The notes beneath the pieces are model-generated. The model had not been told where the DNA came from. It did not search any database and saw only the letters and a list, made by a program, of their open reading frames with translations. Below, piece by piece: positions 24,563 through 38,041 of a stretch of 48,667 bases of DNA. The stretch covers positions 1 to 48,667 of the forward strand of contig UYFQ01000341.1 in NCBI GenBank assembly GCA_900617105.1, written 5' to 3'. Position numbers and translations under genes: made by a program. How positions within the stretch are numbered: position 1 is the stretch's first letter; each line of letters starts with the position of its first letter. Origin of the DNA: Hydrurus foetidus (Eukaryota).

Positions 24563-25626
24563 ATGTCGGCTTTCGAGTGTCCTCAAAATGATATCAAAAA
24601 CTCGCCAGCACTATTGCCCTTTCATAAGCTGAGTTACAGATTCGCTTCTGATGAACTTGATGCCGAATTGATTGCGATCCTAGTCAACGAATCGTACAAA
24701 GTCGAATGCCAACTCGATGGTCCATTCTATTTCAGAGGTCCCGGACCAAAGATCACTGCAGAAGAGGTAATGATTTTAAGTTCTTGCAGGTTGCTGCTGT
24801 CGGGTGTGATATGAAGAGCACATGAGATTATCTAAGTTTACGTTCTATTCTTTTTCTGTCCTCAATCAATCAGATTATGTTGAACCTAGAAGATTGCAAC
24901 TGCTCATCAAGATGGGTTGTTCTCGAGACGGATTCAGCTACTGAGGACATCGTTGCAGCTGGAAGATTCCTTTTGAATGATGCGGAAAAAACAGCTGTAG
25001 TAGATGTTCTGTGTTCTGTTGGTGATGATGAAAATATTAGGAATCGGAGGTATTCTGCCCTGCTCCAAAAAGTCGAAAGCAGCGTGTGGAGCCTGTCTTG
25101 CACCTCAATAACTCTCGAAGTATCAAGCTGGCGAACTGATGTTCAGGATATCTTGATTGGAGCGGGATACAGTGATATTGGTGGCCACTTGGACTGTTCC
25201 AAGTTAGCTGACTCATATTTGAAACCGACTTTAATACTCAGGTATGCAAAAGATTTTAAATCGCAGAAGAAAAATGAGAATGTTAGTACACAAGGAAGCG
25301 CAGTAGTAAGTAATGAAAAAAAAGAAAACAGTACTTCAAAGGTAGTTGAAAAGGTAGAAAAAACAACATCTAGTGCTGACTGCGAAAACTCCGCGTCTGA
25401 GGTGGATATCAATGCTGCAACTAAAAGTGGAGACATTCCAAAGCCTCTACCGAAAAAGCAAAAGAAAGCTCAAATGCCTTCAGATGGTATGGATGCGAGT
25501 AACATTATGTTCGCCAATATGATGGAATTCACCGAATTTGAATCGCCACCAGGTGCCAATAAAGTTCCTGGTCTGGAGGATTTGATGAGTAATCTCTTCA
25601 AAGCGCTTAGATCGGAGAATAAGTAA
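24563..25626 (+). CDS. GNAT-family (acetyltransferase-like) protein with low-complexity C-terminal tail
   Basis: Exon 24563-24766, GT-AG intron 24767-24873, exon 24874-25626, in frame. Patterns YRFASDELDAELIAILVNESY, IVAAGRF and ITLEVSSWRTDVQDILIGAGYSDIG resemble GNAT motifs by eye. No HMM was run. Confidence 0.65.
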
Positions 25627-26944
25627 CATTACCCGTAAAAAGAAATTCGAATTAAAGACGGACCAAAAAGATGAGGGAGGGAGTTGTGCTGCGCGAAACA
25701 CTTTTAACGGCCAAACAAGGTGTACGATTTTATGAATAATAAGAGACAAAGGAGCTCTCTCGTAGCCATTTTCTTCTGCTTGAGATCATCCTCTTCCTGC
25801 TGTAAGATGTGAAGACGTACTGGTAACGCTTTCGTTCATTTTCCCGATTTAAACATAGTACCGATAAAATTCAGTTTTTTCCTCACACGTTTTAAATTGT
25901 AAATAAGGAATAGGGGAGAAAAATGTTTAAGTGTTTTACGGGAGAAATCGTCAAACGAATAAACGACAAGATAAATAAAACAAAAGTAAACTGGTAAGCT
26001 TTTCAGAGTACTAAAAAAATACTATACAGGAAAGACAAGTGTAAAATTGATTGGAAATCTGCTAATCTGATGTCAATTAAGATTAGAAGAGAATAAGGTG
26101 GGGTGTGGAAATTGTGTGTAGTATGCACATCCTTGTACACACTGATGCGCTTCATCTCCTCACTTCATTCAAATACTGTTGATACGTTTTTCTTGCAACT
26201 GTCCTGTTTTTCACTAAATGTCACTTTTAATTTTCATTCATTTTATTATTTCATTAAACTTGCATGGTTGTGTTTTATTTATTATTGATATTTCATTGGT
26301 CAGCAAGGAATTTAATTTATATATATTTGTATGTCGTTTTGGACATTGTGTTCGTTGCGCTATTTTGTTTGTTTGTGATGTGATATGGTGTGTTACTTGA
26401 TGCAAACTGTACTATGCTCTGTGATGAGTTGTGTTGTATTTTGAAGTGAGTGTGTGACTAGACAAGTGCGTGTTGTGTATGTTAGTACGTACGTACGTAC
26501 TACACTCCTCTGCCGTATATTTTGAATCGAACATACGCATGTACAGATGAGTGTAGTGCTGTGTGAGCATGTAGACGACAATCTACAATCCGTCAAGTGT
26601 GGAATCGCGAATCCAAGGTCCAGGTGAATGTAGACAGAGGTACGGTTGAATTGTATAAGTTATATTGCTGCCTGTTCTGTTGTTTCTTTGGTGTACTGTG
26701 ATGTGATATGTGGTGCAGTGTCGAATGTCCTGAGGCACTGTACTGTACTTTCTTGTCCGTTCCCGTATAATACTCCACTACACTGCACAGCACACTGTGT
26801 CGTATCGACTTCCATTCTGACGCGTAACTACACTTGAATGCTTTGCATCACAGTGACACACGCATACACAGGAATAGAATACATTGCTATACAATTCTCC
26901 GTCGTTCATTTATAAACATTTTTCATTCTTCATTCCGAAGGAAT

Positions 26945-29900
26945 TCAAGATTGAAGAATGTTCTTGAGGGCATCATTCCCTTCTTCCTTGTCTACAATCT
27001 TATAATCAATCGCAGGAGCACCTGCAAAGGAGCTAAGGACTGTCGGAGAGGGAGGGAGGAACGGGTTTCGGGGGGGAGGGTCACTGGTTTTTACCCCCCT
27101 GTCGGGACTGCTGTGGTAACCCCCTGGGACGGGACGCAGATGGGGGGGAGACATGACGGGTTTGGGGAACAGAAGAGTGTATTGGTCTGTCGAGTCGTCA
27201 TCAGTTTTGTAGATGCCGTTCAGTGTCTTCTTCCCATCGGTATAACCGTTGGTGGTACCGTTACTAACACCGTTGCTAGTGCCGTTACCATTGGTGTAGC
27301 CATTGCTACTGTGTGCCTCACGCTCTTTATCACTCTTCTCTCTATCTCTCTCATAGCTCTCACTATCCCTCTTCTTATCTTTCTCTCTACCACCCATTAC
27401 AGGGCCTCCATTTACCCACGATCCCATAACCGGACTGTGTGGTGCTTTGTTTTTACCCCACACAGACACTTTATTACGGGGACTATCCATTTGTATCTGA
27501 GACACGGAACGTGGACCGGGATTCCAGTTTTGTCCACTACTACTGCCGTTGATGGCGTTGTGTGTAGGATTGGTCTTCGTTTTGATGGGTGGTGGTAAGT
27601 TACAGCGTGTTGGATAGAGAGACGGGGGACTGTTTAATTCAAGCACCGAGTATTCATCAGATGCGGCATATTGGTCTGCGTAGAATTCGATGTAGCTGCT
27701 GGTGGAGGTGTTGGAGGAGGAGGAGGAGGATGAGCTGATTCCACTGCTGATGGCGTTATCCGCCTTGGCTTTGGAAGGAATGTAGTCATTGACGGGAGCT
27801 GTCTGGGAGCGACTTGACTGGCACTGCATCAGCAGTCTTTGCTGCTTGTTGTACAGGTCGATTATGGGGTCGGGGTCGTGGTAGTCCGGACTGATTCCGT
27901 ACCCTAAAACTGACCCCATGGCGTCTCCCGCCCCCGCCCCTGGTGTCGACCCCGACCCTGATTCGAAATCCATATAAGGGATGTTCGTGAGTCCGTTGGG
28001 GAGGTTGGCGAGCAGTCCTTGCTGATATCTAATCTCTCTCTCAGATTGCGATACCACCTCTTGCTCTCCTTGTGCCCGTCCCTCTGTCTGTCCTCCTCCT
28101 TGACCTTCTCCTTGCCCTTGTCTATCTTCTTCTGCCTCTCCTTGATCCTTTAGGTGGTCCTCTGTCTCTGTCTGTAAGTACAACCCTCGCTCCGACTTCG
28201 TTTCCTGTTCCTTCACCTTAAGCTCCACCCCTCCTTGCTTGCCATCTCCACTGCGGATATGTACGCCATTCTCAACATCCGTTTCTGGCTCTACTTCAAC
28301 CTCTGTGTCTTCGGCAATACCACCGTCAATGAGAACGTTCTCATTGTCCCCTCCATTATTAGTTCCTTCCCCGTTATTGTCAGAGAGGGCTGCGTTTGAG
28401 CCTGATTTGTCCCTCATTTTCCTTTGCTCATACACTATGAAATCGTATGTCGTCATACCTCTGCAAACTAAGAAAAATAAAAGTGGTGCAAGGTAGTGCA
28501 AGGATTGATGTGATGAGGTATAGTTTGGTTTGGTATGACATGGTGTTGCTTGACGACTAGTAAGTGTTATGCGAATATTTCTAGCGATAAAGTGTGGATT
28601 AAATTGTTACGTTTTGAAATGGGATACGTATTTAATCACGTACGCACAGTACGGTTATAATAGACTCTAGACACACATTCCACAACAAAAAGGATATGTA
28701 AGAACAAGACTACCAGGAGAGTTTAAAGAGTGCGGTACTTACCTAGCATTGAATGAAACCCAGCCAGCTGATAAATGAGACTGACGAGGGGTATAAAGAT
28801 AGCGACCGATCCGATAAGTATCCCCCTTATCCCGTCCAAGGGTAAGGAGTTGGCTAGTGTGTGTAGGAGGTGGGGTATATTTTGTTAACAGCAGTAGAGG
28901 AAAGGGAATAAAGGAGGAGAAAGGGGGATGAAAGAGAGAGAGATAGATGATAAGAAAGGGGATGGGGGGAGAGAGAGAAAGGGAGAGAGGGGGTGAGGTG
29001 AAAGAAAAAGGGATGGGAGAAAAAGAAACGTAATTAGAAAAGTTCAGAGGAGAAAAGAAAAGGGCAAGGGAGGAGAGGAGACATGAGAGTGGTGTCTTCG
29101 AGTAATGAAATATAGTGAAAGTGGGATGGGATGTATCCTTTTGATCTTCCCCATGGTATCATAATGTATCCAATGTGGCGTAGATAATATTGTGATAATG
29201 GACAGAGAAATCAATACAAGATTCATTTGTTAAATCTGTGCCATGTTGGGAACGATTTAAACGAGAAGAAATATGTCTTTACAACCAGCCATTACATTTC
29301 CTCAATTCCTCTCCCCTCCATTTCTTCCCCTATCTCCCTTCAACTCTCATTTCTAGTCTCTTCCTTTGTCGTCTATTGATGCTCTTATCCTCCTTGTCAA
29401 AGTAAATCAATGCTTCTATAATTCCTTACTTCCTCAACACGCACAACTCGTCATCATCTAACCCCATACCTCCTCATCATGCCACATTCATCCCCATCCT
29501 TTCCCTCTTCTGATAGCTGTCTGTGCTAGTTTAGCAGCATATCGCGCATGCCATAAATAGTAAATACCCTCCTCACAATACACTTTCCTGATATTCTAAT
29601 CTTCAGGCTCTTTATCAGCAATATCACATTTTGTTCCTGCTACCCCTCTTTTCTTGCCCTCTGTGACAGCTCATTCTCCTCTCTATCTTTCTCTCTCACT
29701 CTCAAGTCCCTATCTACATCTTCTGTCAAGTAAGCATTGACATCTTTCTCTCTGTGACTCACTCGGGTCACCATCTCTTTCTACCTCTCTAGAATATCTC
29801 TACCTTTCACACTTCTACATATTCATCTGTATATCTATCTTGCTCTCTTTCTCTCTCAAACGTCCTTCTCTCTTCTCTCTCTCTCTCTCTCTTCGTCTCG

Positions 29901-31571
29901 ACTAGAGAGACATCCCACACTGGACACTCTATTGTTCTGTGATCATCAGTCTGTCACAATGTGGTCTGAGGAGAGCTCAGACTGTCGTAAGTACCTCCCT
30001 TCCTCCATACCAGCATGCAGTACGTACATACAGTACTTACGCACAGGTAGATGAGAGAATAAAAACACTGAAAAAGTGAACATTTCCGACAAATGAATGC
30101 ACCACATCGCACACATTACATGAACGCACGTACGTACCACCGATTCTGTCGAGGAACAATCTTGGATAGGCGTACGATTCGACGAGAAAGTATGTGCACA
30201 GAAATAATTGCGAAGTAGTTTTAACAGTTATTGCCGCAATGGCTCCTAGGAAATATCTAAAAACAAAATCATCAGCAGGAAGAATTAGTACGTCAGTAAC
30301 TCATCAGTATGTGGTATTCAATTGATAGATTTACAGCACGTCAAAGTTTGATGCAATGTGTGGAATGAAGACTAGATTATAACAAGGAAAGATTTGAAGG
30401 AATGATAGATAAATTATATAGGATATTGGGAAACGCGGTATAATCTAAGTTGCGGTATTATTTAAATCAGAAATACCAACAAAATGTTCGGATAGTACGC
30501 TTTAATAGTGTATATTCGTTTTCAATACATTTTGGAAAGAAATTTAGAGGACCTCTTTACACTGAATTACGGGAGAATTAGGAAACGTATTCAGTAGGTA
30601 CAGAATAGAAGAGTGTGTTAAAAATAAATATCATGTAATAGTGCAGAGAGAAATATGTAGAGAGGAGTTGTTGTGTATCCAATGTGAGTGTAGATAAATA
30701 GTCATGTTGCGTGTGCTTTAAACGGTAGCATCAATATCTCTTCGCAATCATCAATTCAATTCATTTCAATTCCCTCGACTTTCTCTCTATACTAAAACAA
30801 AATGATGGGAATAGAACGTACCTGTAGTTTTTAGACCCGACACAAGTGTTCAGCCATCTGATAAGTGTTGAAAGAAAAGATTTCGTCAGTCAACATTTCT
30901 AATTATCTAAAGTAGTTATTTAGAGAGAGTTCTGATCGTCAGTGAGATCCACCGGTAGTAAATGAGAGCTGCGAATACAAAAAAAAGTTCTACATCAGTT
31001 TCCCAATGAAGAATCAAGCCATCAATTTTTTCGTCAGATAGAGTGTTCAGAAGAGGAGTCTCGTTACACTTTAAGCGATTGACAGACGGTATACACCGAA
31101 ATGACTTGAGATGTACTGATGTTAACTACTTCTCTATGTTAGGATTCTGATCGTAACAACTTTGACTGCCGATACAAAGCCTCACAGAAGTTCAACTTAC
31201 TTGCAATGATGATCAAATCCGACAATACATTTGTCACAGAATCTGCAGTGCTTGCTCGTGCAGTCAACATTCGTTTCACAGAGATAGCAGTAAACTGGAT
31301 TCGGATCAACAGCTGTTATCACAGTTAGGACATGATTGTCCGCAGGATCTATCCAGCACACTAAAAACCCCGTTACTAGGGCTGTTGCAGATGATGCTAC
31401 GAATAGGAGCGTCACCGCTATTCTCACGCTGAGGAATGGCCACAGTAGCGGATACAGAAAAGCGAAGTAATGAACAATCAGGATGGGGAATAATACCCAG
31501 GTGCCAATCTGCAGAACATTAAGCGGGCTCTGGAAACCGTTCTTCCGCCTTCTAGATCGAGGCTGCTCCAT
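26945..31571 (-). CDS. DHHC protein S-acyltransferase (ZDHHC1/11-like) with ~500 aa disordered C-terminal tail
   Basis: Exons 31571-31201, 30857-30822, 30256-30138, 28853-28743 and 28467-26945. The spliced Cys-rich domain reads [44 protein letters not shown]. Also N-terminal RKNGFQSPLNVLQ, four hydrophobic segments and a TTxE-like GMTTYDFI motif. Confidence 0.93.
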
Positions 31572-32120
31572 TATCAAAAAAGAAGTCTATTCAATTCCGT
31601 TTCGTATAATCCAGATTTTCAGTATTATGGTCAGGCGTTGAACGAAATCAGCGCCATGAGGATGATCAGACTCCGCAAGCAGCTCGAGTTGAAAATCTTT
31701 CGCTGAGCTATCCTGTGAGACGTACTGTAACTCTCAATCCCAATGGGGTACGTAGCTATGCAACTATTTATCTCAGTAATCGTTATCCTGTCAAGTTTTA
31801 CCGTTGTCATTTCATTCCTTTCACACCCTCGAATTCCAAATTATTGGTGTGAACCTCCACGACAAACTGCTTGCATCCACACAATTTGCCGAAACAGGCT
31901 TGATTCTCCTTCAATACTCCAAATTACGCTTGAAATGATTGTATTCGTAAAAACGAATATTTACCAGTTTTGGTTATTTCCTCCCAAAAAACTTACTGAA
32001 CTGTTGGTTGTCAGAATTTCGTACGACCCTTCAAAATTTTCCATCGAGCCGTATTTTGCGGCTTTCACGGCTGAGTTGGATCGGCATTATTACGAATCTG
32101 ACACGGTCACGCAACAGGAC

Positions 32121-32179
32121 AACTACTCAATCGATATGTTCTCACATGAACTACCCAATCGATATGTTCTCACATGAAC
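32121..32179. repeat. 28-bp tandem duplication
   Basis: aactac(t/c)caatcgatatgttctcacatg occurs twice head-to-tail in the EngA-DHHC intergenic region. Confidence 0.9.
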
Positions 32180-32667
32180 AGCACAGCAATGACACTGTGG
32201 TTGTTTCAGTAGATGTATCTCTCCACTCTCTCACTCAGGATCGTTGTAGAAAGGAATCGATGACTCATCAATATCCCATCTTTATAACTTCAGCACACGA
32301 ACAAGGTTTGTCAATGACTCATAACGTTAACTATTCATACAGTAACCCCATCAGTAATAGTGCACAGCAATACCACCGATCGCTGGGAAAACGAAAACAA
32401 TTCAAAATGATGGAAAAGGCGATTGAAAACAGTGGAGCATAAGCCGTCAGACAATAGAAAGTGCTGATACAATCCACCATCACAGCGAAATCACTCTAGT
32501 TGGGTGCACATAAGTTCCAATCTGAAGCACATTCATGTTTCTTCCCAAACGGATTCCCTTTTTCAAAATGTTGGATCGTAATCAAGTCGCGTTATATATA
32601 CAAGCAAAGGCCAAAAAGTGAGATGAAAATAATGAAATAAACCTAAAACAAAGTCAAACAAAACAAA

Positions 32668-35600
32668 TTAATCAAAGAATTTTCCTCCTTGTTTCTTTGG
32701 CACTCCTCCTGGCCGTCCACCACCCAGCTGTCCTTTACCGGTAATCCGGGAAGTGGCCACATCTCCCTTCCTGGCCGCACGGCCGACATCTCTGATAGTT
32801 TTTCCTCTCCAAATAATCTTCAAGGGGGTACCTTCAAAATCAAGAGCATCTCTCACTTTTCTTTCCAAATATCTCTGGTAGTTATCAGTGAACAGAGCGG
32901 GGTCGTTGCAGAACACCACTATAGTAGGGGGCGCTACTGACGTCTGGATGCAGTAGTAGATTCTGCCTGATCTCGAACCCACAGTAGGAGGAGCCATCCA
33001 AAGTGTCGCGTCTAAGAAACATAAATAATGCACAATGCAGGGTATTAGTAGACATTTTTGAATTGGTCAAAATACAGGTGAGTTGGGGTGAAGTTATGAG
33101 AGGAGGAAATACTGACAAATGAACGATGAAGCTACTGTGACAAATACAATAAAGGCTATAGGTAGGCACAATGCGACATGTGCACGAGTTAGCCACTCAG
33201 AGCAAATTGTAACAGAGAACACTAGACTAGCACTTCTAACTCAACGACATCACAACTTCTGGCATTGTATTGTACTGTCATAAACTGCACTAAATTGTGA
33301 CATGTTTGATACCTTGCACGACTTCATTGATGATGGCAGTGGGGATTCTTCGTGAGAATTGCTTGGCAGCTCTGTCAACGGCTTCGAATAGCTTCTCAGT
33401 TCTCTGACCTGATTACGTTATGTCGTGTCAAGTGGTGTGATGTCAGGTAGTGCGGGAGAAGCATTGAGATGTGGGATAGAGGAAGGAGGGGATGAAGAGA
33501 GATGGAGAGAGAGGATGGAGGAAGGGAGGGAGAAGAGAAAGACAGTATATGAAGATGTGTTACCTGTCAAGGCAGATATAAGAACGATCTCGGCCCATCT
33601 GAGCACAGGCACATTAGACCGAATGTTCTCCACCGCTTTGATGTACGTCTTGTCGTCCTTATCCGGAACAATGTCCCACTTGTTCAAAGCGATGACGCAC
33701 GACCTCCCCTCTTCAGCGATGCGCTGCGCTAGGATTCTATCTTGTTCCACAATGCCATCTAATGCATCTAAGAGCAACACGACTACTTCAGCGCGCTTCA
33801 CTGCCTTGAACGCTCTATTGATCATGAAGAACTCTGCGCCGTACTCGACCTTTCCTTTCTTGCGGATGCCCGCTGTGTCGATGATACGGTAGTTGATGTC
33901 TCCTCTGCAGCAATCGAATATCGAATATTGGAATGTAAATTGGGTGAGATATTAGACTTCAAAGAGATGGTGAGAGAGAAAGAGGGGAGTGTGTGTATGA
34001 GAGAGAGAGAGAGAAACAGAGAGAGGAAAAGATGCGTCATAACCCACTCTCCCACATACATGTAAATATGGCTTCATCTCACGATGTCAAAATCTGTCTG
34101 ACGCAATATCGGACAGGCATAACAAGGGTGGTCACAGTTTACAGAAGTGCATCTCAGACAAGCAGTCAGTCGATGCACTAATTAGTCACTACATCAGTCA
34201 TTTATTCAGAATGTTAAAAATTCATACGGAAATACAAGTGAAATATGTATACCTGACGACCAAGGCATCAACAGTGTCTCTTGTGGTGCCCGCAATGTCA
34301 CTGACGATGGACCTGTCAGTTCCCAACAGTCTATTGAACAAACTGGACTTCCCCACATTCGGTCTACCGATAAAGGCGATGTTGGTTGCGTTTTCTTTGA
34401 GCACTTTAGTGACCTTCTGCATGTTAGATGTGGTGATCTCATCTACGGAGTGTGCAAGTACAGTGGAGAGAGGTGCTCGTTAGGGGTGAGGAGTGGAAAG
34501 TTTTTATCATCAGTAAGTTGAATACACAGTGATAGTATCATGAGATGGATCATTCCAATGCAGTAGATGTAATGAATCAGAAGATGAATTTTCTCATGGA
34601 TACGTCACGCTCAGGAGTAGGTTTGAAATTCAGAGTATTGTGTAGAAAGTATTGAAGAGTTTGTTAATAATCTTATTGTTTCTACCCACATTCACTCTCT
34701 CCACACGCCACTGAGAGCCATCATCAACTTCCCTCACAACTCCACCACTGCTAATCATCCCGCTACTTCCTCCCCGCAACAATTCACACATACGGATTTT
34801 TTAATCTTTATCTTGAATAATTACACCTCTCCCTTTCTCCACATCGCACTCTCATTAATGCGTTTAAAGTGTAGAGTATACTATGTTGACACATACTTAT
34901 GAAATCTAAAAGTCCGCATTACACTGAGGAATTATCTAGCCAAATACACTACAAATTTGCGCATGAATTTATCTATGAAAGTATCGATGATGTTCATCTC
35001 CTCGATAGACTTGTGAAGGGTCTACCTAGAAGATCTCCGATGCCTGTGCCGTGAATGCCGGAAATGGGATACGGCTGACCCAGTCCCAACGACCAGAACT
35101 CCTGTAAAATAGAGAAAAAAGGGAGTAATAGTGGGGAGAGTACTTGAGTGGGATGAGATGGAATGAAAGGTGATGATTAGCATTGTAACAATAATGGGAT
35201 GGGTTAAAAAGAAAGGTTGAAATGAGGATCGTCGGTGCAATAACGTACATCACTTATGATGAGGAAAAGGAGTAGACCGAAGCTTGAGAAGCATTGAGGA
35301 ATAAGATGCACAAGATTGTAGAACACAGCTAGAAAGAAATTACACTACACAACGCATGCATGAGTCACTTAGCAGTATCAGGCAGTGATGCCATCAGATG
35401 AGACATCCAACGGGGGAATGAAAGTGGATGACAAAGACATCACATCACATCACACCACACAGAGGCAGTACATGCCGTATTAAGTCAATCAGGTACTGCT
35501 GATACTCTGCACCTGCGCCTGCGCGATTCCTTGTGTCTCACTCTCGCACTTGTTAACAGCGAGGTATAGAGGCACTTTGTTGTTCCTACACATGAGATGA

Positions 35601-38041
35601 GAGAGAGTGTGTGAGTGGGGATATTAGATGAGAGAAGAGTGAGATGAGGAATATGCGTGTGTGGTGACATGTGATAGGATATAAGATGGGACGAGAGTGT
35701 ACAAGTGAATACATCAGAGTAGGAGAACATCATACTGACGTCATATGTATACGATCACACTTGAGTGCGTGTACGGCATTCATTTGAGCAGAGACAGGCA
35801 TGGAATTACAAGGCACTCAGTCGAGGTATTAAATTTTTGAGACAAATGCACTCAGAAGTAATATAAACGTTGATTAGCGAGGATGCACTCGTTTAGATGT
35901 GTATTGTGTTACACGTACTTTCTCATCCAGTCAGCTAGCACCATGTCGAGAGGGTTGATGCCCTCTTTGCCGTCACATACCTGTAATATGATTAGAAAAA
36001 GATTTGTCAGTAAGGCAGACACTCAGAGCGTATTCGAGATTTCTTATGATCAAAAAGTTCCTTGTGATCAAAATGTAGTAGACTGAAATTTTGAAATACA
36101 GTGTTGAAGATGGATGCTCTTTTTGAAAGATTCTTTCACTGTTCCCTCTCCACTTGTAAAAATGATCAGTACCTCTAACGACCATAGTCTCTTCTCTCTA
36201 CTAATCTCTTCTCTCCAATTGATCTGTTAAATGCACTTCACAAGCTCTCCATCTTTTACACTCCTCTTCTCCACTGTACCTTAATTTAGTCTAACCTATC
36301 CTATTCTCTCTCCTTCACTAAAATAGCTTAAGTTGACTTGACTTATCTTACCATGATGGCGGCGGTGGCTTCGTTCAATGCGAGCAGCGCTTGCTGTGTG
36401 ATCTTCTCAGCAAAGATGTCTTCCGTATCGTCAAACACAATGCTGGTCAAAGAATGTATCATTCGTTAGAATATTTGAACTTAAATGTATGTACGTGTGA
36501 GTATATCAAAATATGAAAAAAGACATATTAGTGAAGGGAAAAGAGGAAAGGAGAGAACAGAATAGAGGGCTTGTGCGCTGCACCAATGAAAGAAGTAGGG
36601 AGCATATCAGAGCAGCGTCATCGGACACAATGTTGATGCAAAGGAACATGTCAGAGAAGTGAGTTGAAGTGAGTGAAACGTGGATCAGCAAAAGACGTGG
36701 ATCAGCAATGGAAGACGTCGCATGGTCTAGTCAAAGTGTATCTCGGCACGTTGTTTTATATAGCACAGAATAACGCCACATTGTATCATATCTGGTCCGC
36801 AACATTGCGCACCCGATACAGGGCAGCAGCCAGACCTCAGACAAACAAGTAGTATGACATCAGTCGTGAACAAGACCGGTATTACCACAGCAGAATAAAA
36901 TGTCCAGGATACAGCCTAAAAACAGGGTTGAGCACTGTTGAAACCAACATTTTAATCTCAAATTCTTGCGCATTCCCTTCTATGCAATTCTGTTTCAGTA
37001 ACAGATAAGAAAATAGGTGCGACGTCTTACCCTCCCGTGTCCACACATTGAAAGTTGTAGTCGTTCCACATGCCTGATCGATACGTGCGATCTCTCGTAA
37101 TACCTGGCTCATCGTGCACGATCGCACCATCTACGTTTTAATTATCATTTTCAGTTCATCCATCGTGAAATGCGCTTCGTGGTTTGAATTGAAACGGAGA
37201 GAGGGAATGCATCATCGCGACCACATATTGTTCTGTCCACTAGAGAATATAGCTTTAGTCAATTGAATCAGATAGGCATAATGAAATGGAGACGTGGACG
37301 TCTTCGTTGATGAGAATTCACATGCGTAGAGTCTATCTTAGGAACGATGTAGAAGGAGTCTAGGAATATTTTAGGACACGAAAGGCACATGATGTCTGAT
37401 GATAGTTGAAGTCAACAAACCTTTAAATGAGTCTGTCAATCTATTTACGATTGTTGATTTGCCCGTATTCGGCCTGCCGATAATGGCTATAATAGGGAGT
37501 AAGCTTGCCTGCACTGGTAAACTGTGGTCTGACTCGGGATCTTCATATTTGGCGATCATTCTGTTTCAATATGTAAGAATCAGTCGAATAAGATGCTTTC
37601 AAATACACGTGATGGACGAAAAAACTTCTCGCAGAGGTGATAATATGACATGAAAAAGCAAACGGAGTCCTCCCATAAGCTGCTGATTTGCAGTCAGTAA
37701 TCGACGAGTTTAGTTGGCATTAAGAGTTACCTCATCATATAGTCTGGGAGCTCATCCTCAGTTCCATCAGCCCTTGCTTGCCTCACAGTGTCCTCCAACT
37801 CCCTTCTCTGAATCTCTTCCTCTTCGGCTTCCCATTCTTTAAATTGTTCGTTCAAATTCTCATCTTCAACAGTTTCTTTCACCTCAGCTGATAACTTAGT
37901 CCTTGATTGAGTCACTCTTATAGTTGAACAAGAGCTAGGGTCCTGATTGAATCTGGCGATAGCTCTACCGTAGGTGAATCTAAAAGACGCGGCTGTTGAC
38001 GCTGTCAACAATAAGACAAGTCCAAATAAGTTTTTCGTCAT
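32668..38041 (-). CDS. engA: Ribosome biogenesis double GTPase EngA/Der, predicted plastid-targeted
   Basis: 11 phase-consistent exons: 38041-37731, 37560-37421, 37130-37031, 36442-36352, 35980-35919, 35585-35513, 35101-35026, 34442-34253, 33904-33564, 33408-33313, 33011-32668. Domain 1: [25 protein letters not shown]. Domain 2: [26 protein letters not shown]-like tail [20 protein letters not shown]. Signal peptide followed by AAS-F. Confidence 0.96.

Noticed and set aside
25820..25997. Loose inverted repeat bracketed by the 8-bp direct repeat actggtaa
   Set aside because: Symmetry is too degenerate in AT-rich sequence to call a transposon without a copy search.
26834..27598. 254-aa plus-strand ORF
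   Set aside because: Antisense to the DHHC last exon, non-ATG start, no recognisable motifs.
31743..32442. Two 144-aa plus-strand ORFs between DHHC and engA
   Set aside because: No motifs or splice-supported structure; one is extended by a 28-bp tandem duplication. Likely intergenic or UTR sequence.
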